Below, in pieces: positions 50,350-61,203 of a stretch of 61,203 nucleotides of DNA. Location of the stretch: positions 114,461,661-114,522,863 of the forward strand of contig NC_068982.1 of the NCBI RefSeq assembly GCF_001194135.2. The letters run 5' to 3'. The stretch is from Octopus bimaculoides. Lineage: Eukaryota. Positions within the stretch are counted from its first letter, which is position 1. Each line of letters starts with the position of its first letter. The notes under the pieces were generated by a model. That model saw only the letters and a program-made list of their open reading frames with translations. It had not been told where the DNA came from and did no database searches. Made by a program: the position numbers and the translations under genes.

Positions 50350-51231
50350 TANNNNNNNNNNNNNNNNNNNNNNNNNNNNNNNNNNNNNNNNNNNNNNNNN
50401 NNNNNNNNNNNNNNNNNNNNNNNNNNNNNNNNNNNNNNNNNNNNNNNNNNNNNNNNNNNNNNNNNNNNNNNNNNNNNNNNNNNNNNNNNNNNNNNNNNNN
50501 NNNNNNNNNNNNNNNNNNNNNNNNNNNNNNNNNNNNNNNNNNNNNNNNNNNNNNNNNNNNNNNNNNNNNNNNNNNNNNNNNNNNNNNNNNNNNNNNNNNN
50601 NNNNNNNNNNNNNNNNNNNNNNNNNNNNNNNNNNNNNNNNNNNNNNNNNNNNNNNNNNNNNNNNNNNNNNNNNNNNNNNNNNNNNNNNNNNNNNNNNNNN
50701 NNNNNNNNNNNNNNNNNNNNNNNNNNNNNNNNNNNNNNNNNNNNNNNNNNNNNNNNNNNNNNNNNNNNNNNNNNNNNNNNNNNNNNNNNNNNNNNNNNNN
50801 NNNNNNNNNNNNNNNNNNNNNNNNNNNNNNNNNNNNNNNNNNNNNNNNNNNNNNNNNNNNNNNNNNNNNNNNNNNNNNNNNNNNNNNNNNNNNNNNNNNN
50901 NNNNNNNNNNNNNNNNNNNNNNNNNNNNNNNNNNNNNNNNNNNNNNNNNNNNNNNNNNNNNNNNNNNNNNNNNNNNNNNNNNNNNNNNNNNNNNNNNNNN
51001 NNNNNNNNNNNNNNNNNNNNNNNNNNNNNNNNNNNNNNNNNNNNNNNNNNNNNNNNNNNNNNNNNNNNNNNNNNNNNNNNNNNNNNNNNNNNNNNNNNNN
51101 NNNNNNNNNNNNNNNNNNNNNNNNNNNNNNNNNNNNNNNNNNNNNNNNNNNNNNNNNNNNNNNNNNNNNNNNNNNNNNNNNNNNNNNNNNNNNNNNNNNN
51201 NNNNNNNNNNNNNNNNNNNNNNNNNNNNNNN

Positions 51232-51275
<44 letters not shown>

Positions 51276-52408
51276 GTTATACTTTCAGTCACTCTCCTAA
51301 CAAATGCGAATATCTTGTTTCATTATTTTTCTTAAAATTATCTCCATTTTTCTTCTTTTAATTATTCCTCCTTATTTTTGAATTATTTTACAGCAATGAA
51401 AATTCTTGCTTTTGAAGGATTCATATCTTGTTTCCTAAAATTGGATATTAATTTTGGCGATACTTTGAAACAGATTTCGTTAATATTTCAAATAGCCGAT
51501 AATTTACTGCCAAAAGACATAAAAAATAAATATACAAAAGAAATTTAATAATTTAATAATTTTCTCATTACAATGTAGTTATAGATCGTCTCTGAGATGG
51601 AGTAGTTTGGACATTGAATCGATAAAACCTTTCGGTAATATCAACATTTGAAACTTTGTTTGAAACTGTATAGCATATTGTAAGCAATCGATCAATGGTC
51701 CTGTCAGAAGTCACTGACACGTTAACGTCTTTTTTTTTTCAATAATGCATGTCTATTGAAGTGTTTCTGTAGTGTTATCGAACTGACTTAGAAAGCCTCC
51801 TTTCCATCGCCTAGCAATGTAATCGTTTATGGCAATGTTGTTGTACTTTGACATATCTAACCATATTAATATCAATCATGATTGGAGTAGTGTTCATTTG
51901 CTGATGTTAATACTTGAAATGAAGCTAACCAAAAAAATGTTTTAAGTTCAGTGAAGACCTAGATGTCATATACGATTGTGCAAGAAGCAGTAACATGTTT
52001 TGCATCGCTTCAAAATTCTCAAGGTTTTCTTATTGAGAAATAACTCTTGCTCATTACCATAATGTCATATATCATCATTACCAAAACATAGTAGTTGAAA
52101 CACCAATTCCCTTTGGGACTATGGTCTTGTTAATATTCTAAAGGATATGTAGATGTCTCGATTTTCATTATATTGAACTAACCATCTGCAAAGCTTTCAT
52201 ATATAACCAGAGTGTAACAGTTTTCACTAACTCATTCAAACACCGGTTAGCGATGCTAGACATAAACAACTAAACAAAACTTTGATTCCTAGATACGCAA
52301 TAGTAACTACACAAAGATATAATTGCTCACCATTTTTGAAACGAAGAGAATACTCACGCTTACAAACATGCATGCATACATACACACACACATACAGACA
52401 GATAGATA

Positions 52409-52461
<53 letters not shown>

Positions 52462-52484
52462 TCAGACAGGCATATTGATAGATA

Positions 52485-52526
<42 letters not shown>

Positions 52527-53400
52527 CNNNNNNNNNNAGGTACTACACTCTCAAATTTAGACTAAACGTCTATCGACTTTTGATAAAAAAAAAAACGTGG
52601 TGCTATTACAGCTAGAATGCCTTTCATAATGGATTTGCTCCATCGAACAGACCTAGGAACAAATACCATCAGTAATAATAGTTTATAAAGAAATATATGA
52701 TTCCCCATTCATAACCTTTCACTAACTCGCTCAAACACGAGTTAGCGATGCTAGCCATAAACAAAAAAAAAACAAAAAAACTATTAGATAAGCAATAGTA
52801 ACTACACAAACAAGATATAATTGCTTACCATCTTTGAAACGAAGAACACACACGCATATTCATTATCTTATTTCCACCTAGGACTCTATTTGTTCCACAG
52901 TATATCTTTAGATCTTACAGTATATCTTTAGATCTGCATGAACTGAATTTTCGATCGTGGTTGGTTTGAGCGAATAACTACAATGACTCCGCCAAAAGAC
53001 CTATCACTACATACCGCTATCACTCATCTATTCGTAATTTATACTACCTAATTAATAAATCCCAATACACTGTTTCACAATCCTTTCGCTTCTGGAAATA
53101 GAAATCTCTATATAGTCTTTTAATCTGCGGCAAATAACAGCCAAATCTCCTCCTAGTCATATCCGACAGCCTGTTGAATATGAAACGAGACTTTGTTATT
53201 GTAGATACACTATGCCTCATGAGAAATCTTAGTCACAGCTGCAACCCTTTTCTTCATATGTTATGTCTTATGGCTAAACAACTACACTATGTATATGTGG
53301 AAATTATGAATGTTTGTTGAAACAAAAATAGGACCACAATGGAAATTAAAGCAAATATGGCTAAAAGAATGCAGACAAACAGACGGACGGACGGACGGAC

Positions 53401-53472
<72 letters not shown>

Positions 53473-54539
53473 CAATTTAAATGCCATGGACGTTGCAATA
53501 ACACAATTATATTAGGTTGGTCTGAGATTTAATATTCATTAAATTAATTCAGAGTGATTTATTGATATCTTTATTTGTATATTTGTTATTTTTCATAATT
53601 TTTTTATAATTTATCTTAAGAAACTTTCTATCAAATATTCTCGCTTTCCTTTCAAGTATCCAATAGTTAAGGAAACTCCATTTCATCCCTACTCGTGTCG
53701 GCTGTTAAATTCCAACAGATCAACAACTTAATGACAAAAAATTGATTATTGATCTCCTTGACGCCAATGTTAAAGCTTATTTCAGTAATTCAATACTAAG
53801 TTCCAAAGTGATTCTTCTGCTTTGTTGTTTTTTGAGGTTTTTTCTCTTTCTTTCTTTCTTCAAATATTCTTTGATTTGCAGGAAACTATTTTCTTAATTG
53901 CTTCTCTCGGGTTACTGCTCGGGTTATTCTTTAAATATGTATCCTCGTCACTTACTGGTTTAAATTAATCCGCTTAGCAATGTTTGGTTTATCATTTTAT
54001 TGGAATGACCCGACTTCTTCAAAGTCTCTTCCGCTCAGTTTTTGTTTTTATTTTAAAAATAGATCGAATTTAATTTAAATACTATTTTCATATAAAATTA
54101 ATCAATCAAAAAATTTTCTTCATTTTGAATCATTTTTCATTGTTACTATTTATCTTCTCAAACTTGATTCTAATGAGGCGCCCTATATTCTAAAGCAATA
54201 GTAAGTCGCACTTGTAACACATGGATTACACATAAAACAACTACTGAACCAGTTCAATGTAAACTAAACTTCCTTGTGCTCTGCTCTACAATACAAGAAC
54301 AGGGTAAAGTGCACATGTCAAGACATTACTAATATAATTAGTGTTAACCAATAAATTTGATTAACGGCATCGCGTATGTTAGCGATACTGAATATGTTTT
54401 CCATGCAGATGGTGCTACTGAGAAATTTTCAAGGTCCATTATGCTATGGTCATGCACCAAATCATTTACATTTCTGTACATATGTTTCGTAATTCTCATA
54501 TCACTATTGTGACAATTACGTAAAAGATTATAGTTCGCT

Positions 54540-55010
54540 GAAGAGCCTTCATATGACCGAAACACATTTGTGATGGGAGGAATTCGATTCGAATAAAATT
54601 GTATCGAGCGTGAACAGCTCGAGTGAGATGTCTGTAAGTGTTTTGATGAGAATTTACCCAAGTATGTTAGCATACAGCCCAAATTTACATATGACGAGTG
54701 AGCACATGTTTGTCTAAGTAACGCACGCCTTAGGAGCCACACACATAGGGAAGTTGTTAATTATGAATTATACGGCATTTCTGCTTGCAGGGAGTGCGGA
54801 AAAGAATGTGCCTCAAACGGCGGATGGAAACATCATATGGAGGTTTACCAAAACGATATTGTAACACTTTCTGCAATAGGCGCCCATCGTTGCCACATCT
54901 GTACAAAGGAGTATTCATTCTTGGTAGGACTGCAAAGTCACATCTGTGCTGCTCACGTTAAAGAGAACGATCAAGTCATGGCATTACTCGAAATTGAGTT
55001 GCAGCCATCA
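54540..55010 (+). mobile_element. 3' end of an RTE-clade-like LINE with three tandem C2H2 zinc fingers (pseudogenised)
   Basis: One frame: YDRNTFVMGGIRFE*NCIEREQLE*DVCK (RTE-type Wx..GxxxFExxR..KR motif remnant), FTYDE*AHVCLSNARLRSHTH (54684-54746), CRECGKECASNGGWKHHMEVY (54786-54848) and CHICTKEYSFLVGLQSHICAAH (54891-54956), then an RTE-like tail TCATGGCATTACTCGAAATTGAGTTGCAGCCATCA. Confidence 0.7.
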
Positions 55011-56407
55011 TGTATGCATGTATATTTATATGTGTGTGCGTTTACGTGTGTATATATATTCAATATGCATACATGCATGCATACAAATATGCATACATGC
55101 ATGCATACAAATATACATAGATACATGTATACATGCATGAATACATGCATACATACATGCATACATACAAATATACATATATACTTACAAACATACATAC
55201 ATACTGACATGCATGCATGCAGACACACATGCATACATACATACATACATGCATACATACACACATATACATACACATACATACATATACATATGCATGC
55301 ATATACTGACACACATACATACATACATACATACATACATACATACATACTTACGTACATATTAGAGAGTAACGTATGAAACTCATGTCAATCTTTCCTA
55401 GAAATGGGAGAGTTATAATCTTTTGCATGGCAGAGTAATGCAAGCCACGCCCACGACTATTTTTGAACCTGGATCGTGCTACATTATAATTCTTATCATA
55501 AGAAGTAAAACTCCAAGCTTAAGTAATGACTACAAAGCCGTTGGACAAAATCAAAACAATTTTTTCTTTGGGAGTTGAATGCGACAAAAAGCAATTATTT
55601 GTTATCTAAATGCTGCTATTTCTAAGTCTATTCAAAATACGATGTAAAAGAAAGGAACAAATAATAAAAATATATGAGCTACATGCATGTATAGAGCGTT
55701 TATCCACAGTTGTTTTTTTTAAGGGAACTTCACGACATGTTGATTAATTTTATATTATTTGAACATATTCAAAATCCGACCTAACTAAAAGTACACATAC
55801 TCGTAGAAGCCAACAAAAAAGCAAATACTCCTTATTTTTCAAAATATTTGAAATTTTGAGAATAAATACCGATCATAGAGCATAAAATGGAACATTCTTT
55901 CCAACGTAAAACCATATACTGAAAATTTTAAATAACCTGCAACTTATGCACCATAAATTATTATCTATATTGCGAGGATCTTCTATTCTAACAGGCTTAA
56001 ACTGTTGTTCTGCTATCCAGCTTCGACCACCGTTAGACTTTAAGAACTTTTACTTACTTCCTCTTCTGCTCAAAAATACTTTTTCGTCTGCTTTATGTCC
56101 ACATTTGGCCAAACTATAAGAATATGCACAAATGATCTTATTTTCATAGTCATTACCTGATCCATAGCTACATACAAATACATAAGGACTGATTCTCCAC
56201 CCCGCACAAATTTGCTTGTTCATTAATGCTCTACTATGTTTGAGCTCATGCATCATTTTATTTTGGTTTACTTCATTATAGAGGAATATACCTCCTATTC
56301 AGTCACTTTTCATTCCATATAGGTTCTTGTTCCCAGATATATCCGGGTCCATACATATACCTAAGAATGTCTATGGTTGAATGATTAAGCCACCGTCCGT
56401 AGCCTGA

Positions 56408-56617
56408 ATAATCCTTTCTACTATAGGCACAAGGCTTGAATCTTTGTGGGAGGGGACTAGTCGATTACATCGACCACAGTACTCAACTGGTACTTATTTT
56501 ATCGATTCCGAAAGGTTGAAAGGCAAAGTCAACCTCGGCGGAATTTGAACTCAGAACGGACGAAATGCCGGTAAGCATTTTTCCCGACGTGCTAACAATT
56601 CTGCCAGCTCACTACCT
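56408..56617 (-). mobile_element. SINE (GGCGAGCTGGCAGAA family), near full length
   Basis: Reverse complement: GGTAGTGAGCTGGCAGAATTGTTAGCACGTCGGGAAAAATGCTTACCGGCATTTCGTCCGTTCTGAGTTCAAATTCCGCCGAGGTTGACTTTGCC..GCCTATAGTAGAAAGGATTATT. Confidence 0.9.
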
Positions 56618-57214
56618 TGTCCGTAGTCTTAATAATGAGTGACTTTTTGTTTCACTGCAAAGATAGGTTTTGTGAAATGATTTTAAATTAATTTCAATTA
56701 ATTACAATACTTATATATTAAACTCTATATCTTTAACAAATCTCTAAGTATAACTTTATAAATCTCTATTTCCGTATAGTTGTTCTTATTGCCTCATGTT
56801 ACCATTCGTATGCTCTTTTCGAATGAGAATCTCTATAAATGTGAGCATACTTATACAAAAGAACGTCGATATCCCCTGGCACCACTAAAATTAACATCTC
56901 TTAATCACTCTCCTTAACTAGCCATATCCCTTACAAAATCAAGCACTAAAATCATTAATTCATTTGAGAGGAAAGATACAAATACAAAACAAAAACTCGC
57001 CTTTCTCACCACTTGAACTCCCACTTCACACCCGTTCCATATAAATATTTGTCATAGGAAATTATTTAACTCACATAATAACGAAGTAATGAAGTCTCCA
57101 AAAAGTATGTTTATAAAGATATATAGTTCAAATTAACAGAAAACAAAAGACGAAGGCAGGTGAGGGTACAACAAGCAATAGTATAAGTTTAACGCTGGGG
57201 AAGAATTGAAAAGT

Positions 57215-57250
57215 CTTTAACGTTTCGAGTCTACGCTCTTCGACAGAAAG
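57215..57250 (-). ncRNA. Degraded Penelope-type minimal hammerhead motif
   Basis: Minus strand: CUUU CUGUCGA A GAGCGUAGACUC GAAAC GU U AAAG. Stem I is 4 bp, with a GAG/CUC stem II. A6 and the cleavage nucleotide are mutated. Confidence 0.55.
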
Positions 57251-57760
57251 GAATGACAAGAAAACAATGAAGAGAGGACAAAAAATGGAAAGAGACAAAG
57301 TGTATAAGGATATATATACTGTTAAATTTAGCTCCCGCATAAGCATAGTTATCCGCACACTTAATCTACATACAAACAAAACCAGTTCAAGGAACTATTT
57401 TTCTCCTCTTACAAATACCACTTAATTATAGCCACATTAAAGTACATTAACAACTTTTTCTAGCGAAAATACAGCACTTTTAAAATCTCATAATTAGATG
57501 GCAGAAGCCAACCTACCACCACACTTGACAATCGAACCTATTGTTTATTGTTTTTAATATAAAATTAATCAATACACCGTTAAGTTCCTCTCAAAATAAT
57601 GCAAAACCATTCGATGTAACTGTTAATATTGTTTCTGGCTTATGATATACGAACAGATTCTTACTCTCTGTTGATGACTGGCGAATTCCATTTGAAGAGA
57701 CAGATTTTGCATTTGTTGCCTTCTTTTTACAAAAAAAAACAGTGTGTGTGTGTGTAGGTG

Positions 57761-57821
<61 letters not shown>

Positions 57822-57854
57822 GAAGAGGGAAAAGGAGAAAGAGAAACTTAGTGA

Positions 57855-58060
57855 AAAGTATTGATTTTGACACAAGACCAGCAAATTCGGGGAAGGGGTA
57901 GGTTGATTACATCGACCCCAGTGCTCAACTGGTATTCATTTTATCAACGCCGAAAGGATGAAAGACAAAATCGACCTCGGCGGAATTCGAACATAGAGAC
58001 GGACGAAATGCCGCTAAGCATTTGGCCCGGCGCAGATACGATTCTGCCAGATCGCCGCCT
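57855..58060 (-). mobile_element. SINE (GGCGGCGA.CTGGCAGAA family), near full length
   Basis: Reverse complement: AGGCGGCGATCTGGCAGAATCGTATCTGCGCCGGGCCAAATGCTTAGCGGCATTTCGTCCG..GTTCGAATTCCGCCGAGGTCGA..TACCAGTTGAGCACTGGGGTCGATGTAATC. Confidence 0.9.
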
Positions 58061-58144
58061 TGACTTAGTTACAGTTATTTGGAATCGAAGATAGCTTAAT
58101 AATATATACCATGCTTCTGTCAAAAGTTTTCGAGCAGACATGGA

Positions 58145-58346
58145 CACTTCACACACTTACTTACCCGTAAATCATGGGAGAGAGTAAGAGGAATGCACCA
58201 GTATTGCGCGAGAGGCCGGTCAAATGAAGCAATGAGAAACGAAGTGCCTTGCACAAAGATACAATGCGCCACCCTCTGCAGGAATCGAACCTATGACTTA
58301 AAGACTATGAGCCCTACAACCTAACCACTAGGCTGCTAGCGTTCAC
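58145..58346 (-). mobile_element. tRNA-derived SINE
   Basis: Reverse complement: TAGCAGCCTAGTGGTTAGG (A box) .. GGTTCGATTCC (B box) .. GCATTGTATCTTTGTGCAAGGCACTT. Confidence 0.8.
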
Positions 58347-60084
58347 TATTGGAATTAGTGCAGTGAATTAATGATTCAAAGACAAAAAGCTGCTTTATTA
58401 ACACAATAGGATTATAATGAAGTTTAATTAAATATTATTTTGGTATATTTAAATCAGTGCTAAAGTTTTATGAAGCATTAGAAGTTTCACTAAAAATATT
58501 AATGCGATGGAGAAAAAACAATATTATTCAATGCAAAATATTATTTTAACTATTTCTGCAACCATGCGAAACAAGTTGGAACATTTTTCGCTCTTCTAAC
58601 TTCATCATCAAAATATATATTCCACTTCTCTTGCCGAAGCAGTAGTAGTAAATGTGATAGATTGTACACCAGTTTAGCATAGAAGAATAGAATTGTTTAA
58701 TGAATAAACGGTATATAAATACATTTGTATCATACATTCGACCTGATATTTTGAAAAATTGCCAGTGTTGCAGGATCGAACTAATTTCATCTGTTTATTC
58801 AAATTATTTTGGTTTGAAGTGATTCTACTTCCAGTTCATTTTTGTACGACGAACGTTTGATAGATGTCTCAAAACAATTCGTTGTGGAATCACATCAAGT
58901 GACACTGAAAATGTGTTTTGTATGTCTGAATGTATTTTTACATTGTAGCCTTTCTAATGATTGTTGACAATATGGAGTCCGTGATCTTCAAGTAAAGGTC
59001 GTCGTCGACTCATTTTGTCTCCAAATTATTCAGTCATAGATGTTATCGCATATAAGCAGAAACGACTATTATGAAGGTCATCGTTCTTTGCAGTACACTT
59101 CACAGTACATCTTTTCTTTGGCCTGGCCTAGGTCCCTCAACTCCTACTGGAGTTGTAGAGGTGCTGTCATGACAAACAGCGAATCTTCGACATTATTTAC
59201 ACTTGACGAGGTCCATCTCTTGTCAGGAATGACCACAACCAATTTCTTCTAGAAAGACAAGCAGAAATATTGGGAAAGAGAGGCATCAACCATAATGCGA
59301 AGTTGACACCGGTTATGTTTGAAATTTGAACACTGAGAAGTAGAACGTATACCGTAAGACGAACTATCCAATGCTCGAACAATTCAGACAATTTGTCGCG
59401 AATAAAAAGCTATATTGAGCCGTAAAAAACTGTGTCCAACCTTTCTATAACCACAGTGATTGAACAATAACCATTATAAAAATATTTAAACATCTATATG
59501 TATATGTATTATGTTTGTGTGTGGATATATGAATGCATGAATAATCGTATGAAAATTTCCAGTTAACAATGTATCAAGCCTCCTTTGATATAAATCTGGG
59601 ACTATGATAATATATAATACACCTCTATAGTTAGTTAGGGCATAAACAATTTAAAAGGAAAGAAAACATCAACTTTTTATTCCGATCTAATGAAGATTTC
59701 GTAAAAATGTCCCGTGGGAAATGTTTTCGTTGGTCGTTTTGAGAAGGAAATTTCTTGTGGATAAAAAACGTAATTTGTAAAACAATGAAAAATATCTATA
59801 ATATATATTTTAAATATTCATCAAATTAGACTTTCCTTTATATCAACACTATATCAAGGTGTCAATATTTACATTATATTCGTCTCAATCACACGATAAA
59901 CACCACCTGTGAGAGAATATTTTAGCTGCCTTTTGGGTGAAATTTACCCTATATCAGGCTTCTTTCCAATAAATCAGTGATGTGTCCTGTAGCTGCGAAT
60001 ATTGTCTGAGAATTATCGACCTCATTTTCATTTAACTCCCTCGATTAGCTATGGGTGTATTCCTGACTACTACCTAGTACCATG

Positions 60085-60224
60085 ACTATGTTGACGATAA
60101 TAACAACGTTGGTGGTGATGGCGATGATGATGATGGTGATAATGGTGATAATGATGACAATGACGACGACGACGAGGACGACGACGAGGACGACGACGAG
60201 GACGACGACGAGGAGGACCACAAC

Positions 60225-60285
<61 letters not shown>

Positions 60286-60548
60286 TTGATCGAGCAGTGG
60301 TGGGTTGGGATAACGGGGATTGGGCGTCGACGACGTGTGATAGAGGAGGTCGTATAATTACCTTCCTAAAGTAAATGGACCAGAAGAAGAAGAAGAAGAA
60401 GAAGAAGAAGAAGAAGAAGAAGAAGAAGAAAAAGAAGAAGGAGGAGGAGGAGGAGGAGAAGGAGGAGGAGGAGGAGGAGGAGAAGAAGAAGAAGAAGAAG
60501 AAGAAGAAGAAGCGTATCTGAGGAAAAACTACTATTGCAACAACAACA

Positions 60549-60581
<33 letters not shown>

Positions 60582-60612
60582 GGTACTACTACTATTACTA
60601 CTACTACTACTT

Positions 60613-60647
<35 letters not shown>

Positions 60648-60677
60648 GGTACTACTACTACTACTACTACTACTGGT
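60085..60677 (+). repeat. Mosaic of trinucleotide repeats (ATG/ACG/AGG)n, (AAG/AGG)n, (ACT)n
   Basis: Directly visible; it explains the low-complexity ORFs at 60082-60832. Confidence 0.97.
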
Positions 60678-61098
60678 ATTCTTTTTATGTGACCTAGCCT
60701 TCCGAAGTGATTATGGTGTTGATATAAATGGTAATTACGATACCGTCTTGCACAGGAGAAATGATGATGGTGCAACATTGCAGCTATTTGCTTGAGGCGA
60801 AAGAGAGGCAAACGACAAGACAAAGTAGCCATTATGAAATATTAAAAAAAAAAGACATATATATAAATCAACAAATATTGACTTTTTCTCTTCTTATGAC
60901 ACCGACCAGCAAATAAATATTTTGCTACATGGTACAGCAATTAGACTGGATGGTGGTGGGATCCTGTTGTTAAGGATGTGCCAGACTTGTTTTCAAATTT
61001 AGTGTGAGAAGCTTGTGTTTTATGTATGACCAATATCATTTTCTGGGGTTATTTTTAGCAAGATACTGAAGAAAATCAACACACGCAAATATCTTTGC

Positions 61099-61145
<47 letters not shown>

Positions 61146-61203
61146 GATATATGCAAATACACATCTATATATACATGTTTACACACACATATATATACAT
61201 ATA

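Noticed and set aside
12157-51361. Long ORFs in the track dominated by X, YI, CV, HT, LS or ER repeats
   Set aside because: They arise from N gaps and microsatellites that lack stop codons and are not genes.

Overview
AT-rich, microsatellite-dense eukaryotic draft-genome sequence with about 12 N gaps. The SINE families and repeat landscape are consistent with a cephalopod (Octopus-like) genome; this is inference from recalled consensus shapes, not a database search. No intact host protein-coding gene, rRNA, bona fide tRNA or CRISPR array is supported, and most ORF-track entries are microsatellite or gap artefacts. The window is a stack of decayed mobile elements: several R4/Dong-like (restriction-like endonuclease) non-LTR fragments, a FLYWCH-MULE DNA transposon with subrepeat-built TIRs nested in one of them, a mariner-type remnant, the 3' end of an RTE-like LINE with three C2H2 fingers, many tRNA-derived SINEs, and a Penelope-like element (RT plus GIY-YIG) with an inverted terminal arm, sitting in an (AAT)n tract. 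The most interesting signal is a set of 10 minimal type-I hammerhead-ribozyme-like motifs (one partial) of Penelope type, from several distinct sequence families and often in inverted pairs. Some have non-canonical cores that recur between copies (U3-C4-G5-A6-C7-A8-A9, i.e. a U3-A8 swap of the C3-G8 pair plus U4C; and CCGAAGA). One arm ends at the predicted self-cleavage site, fused to (AAT)n. All folds and alignments were done by eye, and no activity has been shown.
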